DNA from: Methanobacteriota archaeon
GTDB lineage: Archaea > Thermoplasmatota > Poseidoniia > Poseidoniales > Poseidoniaceae
Direction: 5' to 3'
NCBI GenBank assembly: GCA_009937025.1
Contig: JAACDG010000072.1
Span: forward strand, 1-59,527
DNA: 59,527 bases
The notes below the pieces were generated by a model, which worked only from the letters and a program-made list of their open reading frames with translations, was not told the DNA's origin and made no database searches. The translations under genes and the position numbers were made by a program. Below are positions 25,441 through 35,400 of the stretch, piece after piece (the stretch's first letter is position 1; every line of letters starts with the position of its first letter).

Positions 25441-27408
25441 TCACTCTTCCTCAGAATCTAGAATATCGTTTCGTATCTTAGCGAGCATGATGTCCAATTC
25501 AGGGAGGTTAATGCGGCCGTCGCCATCAAGGTCAACTGCGGAAACCAATCGGCCCATTTCCCAAGGTGGAAGATTTGCAATGTCTGACTTCATCAGCGCT
25601 TGTTGGAATTCATAAGCATCGATTTGCCCCGAGTCATCCAAATCAATAGCATTGAAAAATTCAAAAATTGATTGCTTTGATTGTTTCAAGAATTGTGCAA
25701 GCATGACAAGTTCTTCAGGGACTGGGAATTCTGTAATCTCATCATTGTGAAGTTGGGCTGAAACTCGGATGATGGAGGGGCCACCATCATCTTCTTCGAT
25801 TTCTCCAATGTGAAGTGTTGTATCAACACCAACTCCCCGGCCCAACAAGGTACGGATCGAAGTTGAGCCTTCAACTAAGGTATACGAGGCAATATCGCTG
25901 GAAACAGATATGTCGGAATACGAAGGATTGTTTGGTCGGCCAGTGTGAATCATTGACAATGCTGCAAGAATACTTGCGAGGGTTACCAAATAGAACATAG
26001 CTGCAGAAACCAAGAAGAATCCTTCAGATGAAGCAACGGCGTCTTCAACACCGGAATTGGAAACTGCATATGCCGTGAAGTCTCCCATGAGAGCTGCTAT
26101 GGTTGAAGCAACACCGCCAACAAGGGTGAACCAAACAGCAAGTTGGGCATTGTTTGCCTTTGCCAGTTTCTTTCCTGCTATCAATGGGTAAGATGTGAAA
26201 AGGGCAGCGAGCATCATCAAACCTCCAACTGTAGAGATGAATCCTGTATCGACTGTATGTGCCATCGAACCAAGTTTATCCATGCCTACAAAAGTGTCCA
26301 TTCCAGTAAAGAATCCTCCAATGGCATAGATTGGAAGAAGCATCATTGCTGCTGTTGCTGCAAAGGCACCTGGGCTTTTTACGATTCTTTCAGGGTTCGA
26401 GGCTGCAGTAGCAACCATGTTGAAGGAACCTGCAAGCAAGGGGAGAAGACCCAATGTCATGAGAAGAGCCCCGATGTTTTGCAAAAATTCTCCCGCATCA
26501 GCAGAAGAAAGGAAGAAGGGTGGAACCGTTATGAAAAGGAACAATATACTGGTTTTCTGCATCGACTCAGACCAAACTGGCTTTCCAGCAGTGAATGGAA
26601 TGATGTGGTAAGCGGCAGCGAAAATCAAAGCCAAAGGAACCCATCCTGTTAAGACTCGTTCAGCCATCCAAACAGTTTGTGTCGAGTCGACAAGTTCTCC
26701 GAAGAAAGCGAACAGCATAGCCATAACCTTAGCAACCAATGCGAGAACCAAAAACCAGGTTGTTGGTGAAATGTTTTCATGTTCGCGGTCACCAATCGTG
26801 ATGAATACATTGATGAGAAGAGCAATGTGAAGCATTGACCCAACAACCAAAGTTGAGATGTTTTGGATTGCCTCCAAAACACTTGCTTCGTTTGCTATTG
26901 TAATGAAGGAAAAGATTGCTGGTAGAAGCAGGACTGCAACTGTAGATGCGGTGAGAAGAACAGCGACCATGGACGCACTTGCTTCACTTGCAAGTCGGCC
27001 TTTAGAAGCACGAGAGATTGCAACAAGTGCTGCACCAACCAAGATGTAATTCAATGCGGTCGAGAAGAAGACCCCCGTATAATCAGTCAACATCGACCCA
27101 TCATCATAACTCCAACCAATACTGGAAAGTGAGTTCAAGGCGGTAGGGTCGTAACGGTGCCAAATGCCGAGGAACATACCAAGACAGGCCATGAAAAACC
27201 AAGCCATTCCAAAGCGGAGCCATGTTTTTGAACCACTTCCAGGCTTGTCGCTGAAGAGATCAATCAATCCCGCTGGAGCTTTGTTTAACAAAAACATTCC
27301 AACCTGTCGAAGAGAAGTTGTCATACCTCCAATTCCTCGGACCATGTAATTCGAAACCAGAGCAAGAGAGGCAATCAAAAGAATTGCTGAGATAAATACT
27401 GTTTCCAT
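25441..27408 (-). CDS. Polytopic membrane protein (a dozen or more hydrophobic helices by eye) with C-terminal pair of canonical EF-hands
   Basis: EF loops DLDDSGQIDAYE (25609-25644) and DLDGDGRINLPE (25498-25533) both satisfy the D-x-D-x-[DS]-G-x-I-x3-E consensus. GGAGGTG RBS at 27415-27421. Confidence 0.8.
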   Translation of the reverse strand: METVFISAILLIASLALVSNYMVRGIGGMTTSLRQVGMFLLNKAPAGLIDLFSDKPGSGSKTWLRFGMAWFFMACLGMFLGIWHRYDPTALNSLSSIGWSYDDGSMLTDYTGVFFSTALNYILVGAALVAISRASKGRLASEASASMVAVLLTASTVAVLLLPAIFSFITIANEASVLEAIQNISTLVVGSMLHIALLINVFITIGDREHENISPTTWFLVLALVAKVMAMLFAFFGELVDSTQTVWMAERVLTGWVPLALIFAAAYHIIPFTAGKPVWSESMQKTSILFLFITVPPFFLSSADAGEFLQNIGALLMTLGLLPLLAGSFNMVATAASNPERIVKSPGAFAATAAMMLLPIYAIGGFFTGMDTFVGMDKLGSMAHTVDTGFISTVGGLMMLAALFTSYPLIAGKKLAKANNAQLAVWFTLVGGVASTIAALMGDFTAYAVSNSGVEDAVASSEGFFLVSAAMFYLVTLASILAALSMIHTGRPNNPSYSDISVSSDIASYTLVEGSTSIRTLLGRGVGVDTTLHIGEIEEDDGGPSIIRVSAQLHNDEITEFPVPEELVMLAQFLKQSKQSIFEFFNAIDLDDSGQIDAYEFQQALMKSDIANLPPWEMGRLVSAVDLDGDGRINLPELDIMLAKIRNDILDSEEE

Positions 27409-27414
27409 TCATCA

Positions 27415-27421
27415 CACCTCC
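27415..27421 (-). promoter_or_regulatory. Shine-Dalgarno-like GGAGGTG ahead of the EF-hand membrane protein gene
   Basis: The minus strand reads TAAGGAGGTGTGATGAATG: the TAA stop of the small TM gene, GGAGGTG, a 6-nt spacer, then ATG. Confidence 0.5.
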
Positions 27422-27694
27422 TTAGTCAACAATGACCTCGCTGAGAAGAGAGGCAACAATCGCACCCACTCCAATTAATATGCCAATGAGGTAATACCAA
27501 ATTCCGCTACCTCCAAGATTTCCAATCAAAGGAACAATTTCTCCAAGCAAAGGAAGGTTATCCCATCCGAAAACATTTGTAAAGAGGGCAAGGATGCCGA
27601 GAAGTCCTACTGAGAAGAGGGTTAAAAACACTCGACTGCTCGACGGTTCGCCTGTTCCAACAGTTACATCTGGTAGCGTTGTTGTATTTGTCAT
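27422..27694 (-). CDS. Small membrane protein (2-3 TM), co-transcribed partner of the EF-hand membrane protein
   Basis: 90-aa ORF with hydrophobic helices, 13 nt upstream of the next gene with an RBS in the spacer. Confidence 0.55.
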   Translation of the reverse strand: MTNTTTLPDVTVGTGEPSSSRVFLTLFSVGLLGILALFTNVFGWDNLPLLGEIVPLIGNLGGSGIWYYLIGILIGVGAIVASLLSEVIVD

Positions 27695-27710
27695 CTGTAT
27701 TCACCCTCAC

Positions 27711-27729
27711 ATGACCCCATAGGGGTCAT
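27711..27729. promoter_or_regulatory. Perfect hairpin/palindrome ATGACCCC-ATA-GGGGTCAT
   Basis: 8-bp GC-rich stem with 3-nt loop, between the stop of the radical SAM gene (27802) and the start of the small TM gene (27694). No T-run follows, so terminator versus operator is open. Confidence 0.3.
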
Positions 27730-27801
27730 TCCGCCCACTCGTAATGCGGTGATAAACATTCACTCGCCTCAAGAAGCATTTCTGCGATTGAAAGCGTATC
27801 C

Positions 27802-28968
27802 TCAAGGAGAACGGAGTCTGTTGAGAAGATTGCCTCGCCGGTGCTTGGAAATACCCAGTGGGACAGGGAGTGCTTGCTCCAAAAGAACCTCTTCTTTCCA
27901 AGCCAGTTCACATGAGCAGGACAGCCCTTCAAATTCTTCAAGTTCGCCTGAAACAGCATAACGTTCGATCGCTGCTACGACGACTGAATCGCAAGAGCCG
28001 CAATTGTGAGCCCCTCGAACTCTTCCTCCAGCAGTGGGGTGGATGATGAGGCGGCACACTTGGTCTTCATCGCCGTTTTTCCCACCGTTTGGATGAATTG
28101 TTGGATGGACACGTCGAATCATTTCAACCAAAGACCAAAGCCAAGGAGGGCGATATTCGTTATTTCTGTGAAGACGGTCAATGATTGTCCCTCGTTGAAT
28201 ATTCATTGGATTCACGGAGATTTCATCACTTCGTTGGGCGACGTCTTCAATCCATTTGACGCCATGATTCAACGCATCTGCTTCGCTCATGAAAGGTGGT
28301 TTAAACATCAGATATGTTTTGATGCGAATGTCATACTTCTGGAGGTTGACAACGGCTCTATCCCAGGATTTGGTCGTAAAGCCCTTATTGACATGGAAGC
28401 GGAGGACTTCATCATCATAGGCTTCAAGTCCAATAGCCACTGCAAAACTTTGATTCAATTGTGTAGCCCAAGCAAGTTTCTCTTCAGTCAGTTGTTCACA
28501 TCGACTTTCAACAATCAATTCCTTGCCAAGTTCCTGACAATCTCGCAAAACCGTTTCTTGAAATTCAACGGGTATCTCTCGGTCTTCAAGCAAAGAGCCG
28601 CTCGTGTAGACTTTGACCATGGCATGGTCTTTGAAATCACTGAACTTTTCTTTTGCATATGCCCATTGTGCATGCAAGTCTTCATTGGTAACATCATCGC
28701 GAGTATCGTTGAAATATCCGCAAAAAGTACACCCGCTGGACCACCACCAATGGCACCCCTTGGTACGTAGAATAACAGTCACTGCGCTGCATGGGGTTCC
28801 ATCAGCTAGCGTTTCGGGAGTGTAGTAAACCGTTGCTGGCTCACTTGCATCCCAAGATTGTTGACGGGCTCGTGCCCAAGGAGTATTTGCAGGTGCCTTG
28901 ACCAAATCGTGAATACGGGCGCCTTTGTTGCCCTCTCCGACTAAAGTCAATGATTTCGGCCCCGACAT
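27802..28968 (-). CDS. Radical SAM protein, TIGR01210/RaSEA-like (archaeosine synthesis partner of ArcS)
   Basis: ILRTKGCHWWWSSGCTFCGYFNDT cysteine motif as recalled for this archaeal radical SAM family. Likely start at ATG 28968 (MSGPKSL). The specific family call needs an HMM check. Confidence 0.55.
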   Translation of the reverse strand: MSGPKSLTLVGEGNKGARIHDLVKAPANTPWARARQQSWDASEPATVYYTPETLADGTPCSAVTVILRTKGCHWWWSSGCTFCGYFNDTRDDVTNEDLHAQWAYAKEKFSDFKDHAMVKVYTSGSLLEDREIPVEFQETVLRDCQELGKELIVESRCEQLTEEKLAWATQLNQSFAVAIGLEAYDDEVLRFHVNKGFTTKSWDRAVVNLQKYDIRIKTYLMFKPPFMSEADALNHGVKWIEDVAQRSDEISVNPMNIQRGTIIDRLHRNNEYRPPWLWSLVEMIRRVHPTIHPNGGKNGDEDQVCRLIIHPTAGGRVRGAHNCGSCDSVVVAAIERYAVSGELEEFEGLSCSCELAWKEEVLLEQALPVPLGISKHRRGNLLNRLRSP

Positions 28969-29037
28969 CGTGCTCCCCACCGTGAAGTGGCTCGGCTTTG
29001 ATGTTTCAATCCACCGCACGAATACATCGATTCAATC

Positions 29038-29883
29038 TTATGCTGGAATATACAAAATAGACGAACCTGCTTGAACAAATTCTCCTTTTGGATATTGAGG
29101 ATTTTGTTCCTCGGCTGAACATACGTTTGGTTTGAAAAGAGACGCTGGAGCACGAATATCAACTCGAGAACCCAAGCGAATCATTCCATAGCGCTGTCCT
29201 CGGCGAACTTCCTCATCAACTTGGAGCCACGGGACAATGGTTCGCGCAAGGGCTCCCGAAATTTGAGTCACTTCGACAAATGTTTCTGCTTCATTCTTGA
29301 ATACGCTTCGAACCCGCTCATTGTATTGACTTTCTTTTTTGTATGCTGCAACAAAAGGTCCGCGCTTTAATCCCTTTCCTGTTCGGTGTTCCATTCGAAG
29401 TAAGGTTCCGGCCATTGGAGCACGATTGACATGAACATCCAATGGAGACATGAACACCGCGATTCGATACACATCGTGTTCAGATTCCTGGCCTTTTGAA
29501 ACAGCTTCAAATTGTTGTTCGGTTTCAAACTTCAATGGATTGGATAAGGGTTCTGGGAACCAATCTCCAGTCAAAGGGTCCGAGGTACATTTCTTTGATT
29601 CGAGTTCTTCTCTCGATGGTCGTCGTCCAATCGCACGTTCACGCCGAACAAACATGACGTGTCCGTCAGCAGGACTCACCAGAATCCCTTCATCACGAGG
29701 TATCGGGCGGTCAGGGTCTCTCCAAAAATTCGCAAAGAAAGCAGAAAGCATGAAGCAAAAAATTCCAAAAAATGGAATTAAACCAAACAAGGGGTCAATC
29801 GTTGCTCCAATAATTAAGGCGCTTCCACCCATCAAAAGGGTGATGAGGACTGGAGCGTGGCCGCCATGGGCCAGACCTGCCAT
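29038..29883 (-). CDS. psd: Phosphatidylserine (archaetidylserine) decarboxylase proenzyme
   Basis: N-terminal TM helices, VSPADGHV, MSPLDVHVNRAPMAG and the LGSRVD self-cleavage-type motif near the C-terminus. Confidence 0.8.
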   Translation of the reverse strand: MAGLAHGGHAPVLITLLMGGSALIIGATIDPLFGLIPFFGIFCFMLSAFFANFWRDPDRPIPRDEGILVSPADGHVMFVRRERAIGRRPSREELESKKCTSDPLTGDWFPEPLSNPLKFETEQQFEAVSKGQESEHDVYRIAVFMSPLDVHVNRAPMAGTLLRMEHRTGKGLKRGPFVAAYKKESQYNERVRSVFKNEAETFVEVTQISGALARTIVPWLQVDEEVRRGQRYGMIRLGSRVDIRAPASLFKPNVCSAEEQNPQYPKGEFVQAGSSILYIPA

Positions 29884-29892
29884 CGAATCGCC

Positions 29893-30693
29893 TCACTCAG
29901 AAGCCCAAGGGTCTTCGCCATCTGCCCAAGTAGCAGCTGAGGTTGTTTCGGTAGCTGCAGGTTCTTCTTCAGCGGCCGCTTCCTCATTTGCTTCTGCTTC
30001 TGCTTCTGCTTCTGCGGCTTCAGGTGTTTCGTCCTTGGTTAATTCTTCAGCAGCACTTTCTTCTACTGCATCGGTGGATTCTTCGGCATCTGATGTTGAA
30101 ATATCTTCAGCCTCTTCTATTGTCATTTCAGCTGCTCGAGCATCGACCATTTCATCAATACGTTCAGTGAAAGCACGGGCCATGTGCTGAGACTTTCGCT
30201 CCGCTTCAATAGCTCGTTCAATCATTTCATAACGGACCTTGATGGCTTTGTTAAGGTCTTCAAAAATTTGCATATGGTCGACATACCAATCATCACGTGC
30301 TTTCATTTCCTTAACAGCAAGGTGAAGGTCATTATCAAGTTCTTCCGCGATTCCAAAGACCTTACCCAATCGGTCTTTTTCACGGGTGTACTTCTCTTCC
30401 ATCATTTCAAGTTCAGGTTCGAGACGTTCAACGTTCTTACTCGACTTTGCTGCTCGAAGTTCAAGTTCTCGCATGCGGTTGTCTTTCTCATCAAGCAGAC
30501 TTTGCAGTGAATCTTTTTCAACTGCTCCTTCGATAATTTCTTTTTCAAGAACTTCGATAGTAGCAAGTGCATCGTTCAAATCTTGTTGCGTACTTTGAAA
30601 CGCTTCGTAGAGAACGTCAATTTTGACTTTTAAATCTTCAACTGTTTCTGTCGATTCAATGTCGGCTGGGGGGATGGTTCCTTCTTCAGTCAT
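29893..30693 (-). CDS. Coiled-coil protein with highly acidic Ala/Glu-rich C-terminal tail
   Basis: The track start at 30747 is TTG; ATG at 30693 (MTEEGTIPP). Heptad-like central region; tail EAAEAEAEAEANEEAAAEEE. Confidence 0.65.
   Translation of the reverse strand: MTEEGTIPPADIESTETVEDLKVKIDVLYEAFQSTQQDLNDALATIEVLEKEIIEGAVEKDSLQSLLDEKDNRMRELELRAAKSSKNVERLEPELEMMEEKYTREKDRLGKVFGIAEELDNDLHLAVKEMKARDDWYVDHMQIFEDLNKAIKVRYEMIERAIEAERKSQHMARAFTERIDEMVDARAAEMTIEEAEDISTSDAEESTDAVEESAAEELTKDETPEAAEAEAEAEANEEAAAEEEPAATETTSAATWADGEDPWASE
29990..30015. repeat. Hexanucleotide microsatellite (GCTTCT)x4 inside the acidic tail coding region
   Basis: gcttctgcttctgcttctgcttctgc read directly; encodes EAEAEAEA on the minus strand. 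Confidence 0.8.
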
Positions 30694-30798
30694 TGTCTCA
30701 CCCGGAGGCAAGCCTCCATGAACACCCACACACCTCCACCCTATCAAGCCGACGCTTGAAAGCGCTGTTAAAAGGCCCGCATTTTACCTTCTTTTTCA

Positions 30799-31761
30799 TC
30801 AACGGAAGGAGTCGGTGATGGCGACCAATTCACGAGCAATACTCACTTCACCCATTGAATGGCCTGCATCGGGAACAAGAATGAGATTACTGTTTGGCAT
30901 TGCTTTGTGCAATTCCCAAGCACTGCGAGCAGGGCACACCACGTCGTATCGGCCTTGAACAATATTTGTCGGGATATGTTGAATGGTTTCGACGTGATTG
31001 AGGATATGGGCTTCTTCAAGGAAAATAGCATTGATGAAATAATGGCATTCAATTCGAGCGAAGGCGACTGCAAAATCAAGGTCTTCGGCTTTTTCAAGAT
31101 ACGAATCGTCAGGGAACAGGCGACTGGTTGCCATTTCCCAACGTGTCCATTCCTTTGCTGCAGCACGTCGAATGTTGACATCTTCGCTGGTGAGACGCGT
31201 GTGATAGGCTTTGACGAGGTCTCCTTGTTCTTGCTGAGGAATATGTTCACGGTAAGCCTCAAATGCATCTGGGAATATATGGCTCGCTCCATCTTGATAG
31301 AACCATTGAAGTTCACTCTTCCGACACATGAAAATACCTCGAAGCATCAAACTAAGTGCGCGTCCGGGGTGCTCTTGAGCATAGACTAAAGCAAGCGTTG
31401 AGCCCCATGAACCACCAAATACATGCCATCGCTCAATTCCAAACGACTCCCGAAGTTGTTCGATGTCACGGACGGATGCTTGTGTGTTGTTTTCAGTCAA
31501 TTCTGCATACGGGGTTGATTTGCCACATCCTCGCTGGTCGAATTGAATAATGTTGTAAGCATTCGCATCGAAGTATTGCCTGTAAGAGGGCTGCCCTCCA
31601 CCTCCAGGTCCGCCATGAATCACGATGACGGGGATGCCATTGGGGTTACCACTTTTCTCCCATGCAATGGTATGCAATTCTGAAACATTCAACATGCCGC
31701 TTTCATAAGGTTCAATCGAGGGATAGAGTACATCAGCGAGGGTTGAAGTAACATCGAGCAT
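30799..31761 (-). CDS. pip: Prolyl aminopeptidase (proline iminopeptidase, S33 alpha/beta hydrolase)
   Basis: IHGGPGGG, QFDQRGCGKSTP, NTQASVRDIEQLRE, FGGSWGSTLAL are the classic Pip signatures. Confidence 0.9.
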   Translation of the reverse strand: MLDVTSTLADVLYPSIEPYESGMLNVSELHTIAWEKSGNPNGIPVIVIHGGPGGGGQPSYRQYFDANAYNIIQFDQRGCGKSTPYAELTENNTQASVRDIEQLRESFGIERWHVFGGSWGSTLALVYAQEHPGRALSLMLRGIFMCRKSELQWFYQDGASHIFPDAFEAYREHIPQQEQGDLVKAYHTRLTSEDVNIRRAAAKEWTRWEMATSRLFPDDSYLEKAEDLDFAVAFARIECHYFINAIFLEEAHILNHVETIQHIPTNIVQGRYDVVCPARSAWELHKAMPNSNLILVPDAGHSMGEVSIARELVAITDSFR

Positions 31762-31799
31762 GAAGTTTCCAAAAGTCGGTAACGCATGTTCTTTTCGTA

Positions 31800-32456
31800 A
31801 TGGACACCTTCTTGGAATGTATCGGCCCGGTTGAGAATATGAGCCAACGAGATGCCACGGATGTATTCAGCGAATGGGCCGATAAAGGGAAGGATGCAGG
31901 AATGGAGAAAGGGCATGCCCGTTCTGTTCATGCCATGCTTGAACTTGCTGGGATACCGCGTAATTCCCACTATTCCGCCATCGATGTCGGTTGTGGAAAT
32001 GGGTGGGTTTGTCGTACAATCGCTGAAGATAAAATGTGCTCACATGTTGTTGGCGTAGATGGTTCATCACGGATGGTTGAAAAGGCCCATGCTCTTGATG
32101 AACAGGGTGAATATCACCTTGCATTGCTGCCTGATTGGGAGCCTTCTGGACGGTTTGATTTGATTCATAGCATGGAATTTCTTTACTATTTACATGACCC
32201 TCAAACGATGTTGAAACTGTTCAATGAAAAATGGTTGAACAACGGTGGAATGCTTGTTGCAGGTGTTGATCACTACCTTGAGAATGAGAACAGTTTGAGT
32301 TGGCCAGAAGCATTGAATGTGCATATGACGACACTCAGTATTGACCAATGGAAAACAGCGATGGTTGATGCTGGATTTATCGATGTTGAAGTTCATCAAG
32401 TTGGCAAAAAAGAGGGCTTTATTGGAACACTTGTCCTTCTGGGCAAGAAAGGATAA
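31800..32456 (+). CDS. Class I SAM-dependent methyltransferase
   Basis: Motif I AIDVGCGNGW plus downstream DLIHSMEFLYY. Stop lies 1 nt from the convergent addA-like stop. Confidence 0.75.
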   Translation: MDTFLECIGPVENMSQRDATDVFSEWADKGKDAGMEKGHARSVHAMLELAGIPRNSHYSAIDVGCGNGWVCRTIAEDKMCSHVVGVDGSSRMVEKAHALDEQGEYHLALLPDWEPSGRFDLIHSMEFLYYLHDPQTMLKLFNEKWLNNGGMLVAGVDHYLENENSLSWPEALNVHMTTLSIDQWKTAMVDAGFIDVEVHQVGKKEGFIGTLVLLGKKG

Positions 32457-32457
32457 C

Positions 32458-35400
32458 TCAATCTTCGGAGTCAATGAGACCCAGAGGAGTTCCTTCCGGC
32501 CCGCAAAGGCGTATTTCGCCTCTTGAAAACGGACATTGTGAGCATATATCGGCGGATTCTGCCGGCAAACGCGGTGGTTCTTCGAGAGCATCGGGTATTG
32601 CTGCAAGTTGAGCCATCCAATGGAGGTGGGTGCTCAATGTTGTTTTTGCTTCTGCATATTCGTCATCGGTCAATTGAACCATTCGACCTGAGGCTCCAAT
32701 GAGTAACGATGGAGGGAGCACTCGCCGTCGTTCAGATTCTGGCTTTTGTTGCTCGATGGCTTCCAATGCCACTGAATACAACGTCAATTGTAATCGGTGT
32801 TCGTCTAAAATAGCACGTTCTGCTGATGTTGATGGGAACGGTGCGAGGATGTCTCCTTCGAACGTTTGAAGACGACTGCCGGCACTGGAGTTTTCGGGAT
32901 TGAATACATCTCGACATCCTTTGGTTTTCAAATCAACAACTTGCAAGCAACCTTTTCCTTCGTGGTCTCGTAAAGCCAAAACCAAATCAGCACGGCCATC
33001 GAAGACCACATCAACATGGTCGACAAGGGCTTGTGGACGTGGGCCATCAACTGAGAATGATGTTCGGACGACGCCATCGAAAGCAACATTATGACTGAAA
33101 TAAAAGGGCAGTTCTGTCCTTAATCCTTCGACACAATATCCAAAATGGTTTTCTCCCTTGGCAAATCGACCAAGAAGTCCTTTTCGAACTAGAGTCCCTA
33201 AATGAGCTAAACGTTCAAAGGTCGCTGCAAAGAGTTCGGGGTTTGATTCTCCTTCCGTAATGCCTTCCTCTGCCAATACTCGTCGTATTGTTTTTTCATC
33301 ATCGAGTAGGTCTTTGCCATCATACGTCCATGCTGCAGGTAGTGGCGTTACTGGTGGGGTGTTCATTTGTGAAGGATTTTGTAAACCAATTTCGACCAAT
33401 CGGTGCATAAGTGTTCCAAAGACGGTCGCAGGCGGGTACAGTGAGGCAGGTGTTTGGCCTGTAGCCGGGTTTGAGAACCTGTTCAAAGGTTCTGGATTCC
33501 AACCTCTAACCTCTGACAGCCAATGTCTGCGGGGGCATGCGAAACTCGTATCCAATCCGTGTGAAGTCATCCGCATAATATCACTCACCTGCAAAAATTG
33601 AGCAGGTAGATTTTCTTCCGATGAAATCTTTTCAAGTTGTGCTTCAAGACTGTTCCATTTTTGCAGAGGGGTTTGGACATCAAGGTCTGGAAAACAAGCC
33701 GGAGAATGGTAAAGGTGAATCGATTCAATGGCATCCCCTCCAAGGTATGAATTCTGAATCAACGCGGCTGGATTCAAGGAAAGTTCTGCTTCTTCATACC
33801 GTTTGAGAGGTTCCCCGCAAACATCACCATCGAGAAGCCATGGAGAATCCACTTGACCGTTAGAATGAGAAAGGCTTCTCAATCCATCCAGCCACATTGA
33901 GCCCATTGTCTTCATCGATGGTTTACTCTTCAATTCAAGGTGGTGTGTTTTTGGGTCAATAAGTGCTGTATTATTTGGTGAGCCAACGACAATCAATCGG
34001 TTTTCTACCCGCGTCAATGCAACATAAAATTCTCTTCGCCGTTCGGCTTGACGTTGAGCATGGTCCATGCGTTTGGCGAATTCCCATAGTCCATCATCCG
34101 GCCTTTCTCGAGAGGTCCAAGGATTGATTCGGCCGGCAACAACTTGGGGTGTGACCAATACATTGTTTCGTGCGGCAAGAGATGCATCTGATTTACCTGC
34201 ATGGAATATTCCTGCTACGATTACGACAGGTGCTTGAAGGCCTTTTGCTCCGTGAATAGTCATAATTTGAACAGCCCCACCCGACGGTGTCGTGATTGCT
34301 GATGGACCCTTATTTCCAAGGCCGTTCAAGGCCTTCATTCGGTGGAAAATAGCCGATGCCTCATGACCTAACTCACTTCCAATCGTAGCAGCGAGTGAAC
34401 ACCACGCCTCAGCGTTTTGGCGAGAAGTATCGTCAGGATAAGCGACAAGTAAATCCGAACAATCTAAAACAGTATCAAAGACGTCGTGTATGGCTCCTTG
34501 GTGGACCAAATATTCCATGTGTGCTACCAGTCTTTTCACTGAATCATTCGGCGCATGTTGTTGTATCTTCTGCCACCAAGAGCCTTCTGCGGTTGAGGTG
34601 AGTAATGCATGGGCTTGAGCATCGTTAAAACCAAGAATTGACGAGCGAGCAAGTGATAAAGCGGCATGGCGGGAATGTGGGAAAGCGATCAATTCCAAGC
34701 ACGCAAGAAGTGGGGCGGCAACGGGCCGTTGAAGCAAAGCTCCTTGGCGGTCCGCCATAACAGGTATTCCTCGAGACTGTAATCTTTGAATCAAATCAGG
34801 CATATGCTTCCGTGAATGAACAAGAATGATGATGTCTTCTGGACGAATGTTTTCTTTCTTTGAATCGACCTTTGAATAGGCGAGTTTCTCAGCGTTCCAA
34901 ACTTGAGTTTCTCTGTTTTGAATGAGGGCTTGTAAACGCGCTGCAATCAATTCATGTTCGAGGTGTGCGCTTTTGGCCTTCGGGTCGGCAAAGGTATCTA
35001 TTCGCTTTTGAAGGTCGAACCCTGGTGCTTCAACGCCAATTTGAAGTGGAAGAAGCCATTCGAGAGTGCCTGTATTTGACGAATTTCTGGCTGACCGAAG
35101 TTGTTGGGGTTCTGCGTGCCAATCCCCTGGTAAGACATAATGTCTTGAATCGAAGACGTCGTCGAACATCCCGTTCATTGTTCGAACCAAATTGTGGAGG
35201 GTTCGGTGGTTTGAAGTCAGGTCGATATGGCCAAGTAAGCGACGCTCCCGACGAATTGTGTCTACGGGAGTGAACGTATCTTCATCGTCTTCAAATGCAA
35301 CACTCACGTGTTCCCATAATTTGGATTTGACAATACTTCCATCAATTTCATCGCCCCTGATGAACGATTCGCCTGCACCAACAGGACGAGGGTCTCGTGC

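Noticed and set aside
29450-30190. 246-aa plus-strand ORF rich in Ser/Ala
   Set aside because: It is antisense to psd and to the acidic coiled-coil gene. The Ser/Ala runs are simply the complement of the Glu/Ala-rich tail (GCTTCT repeats). Both sense-strand genes have clear motifs.
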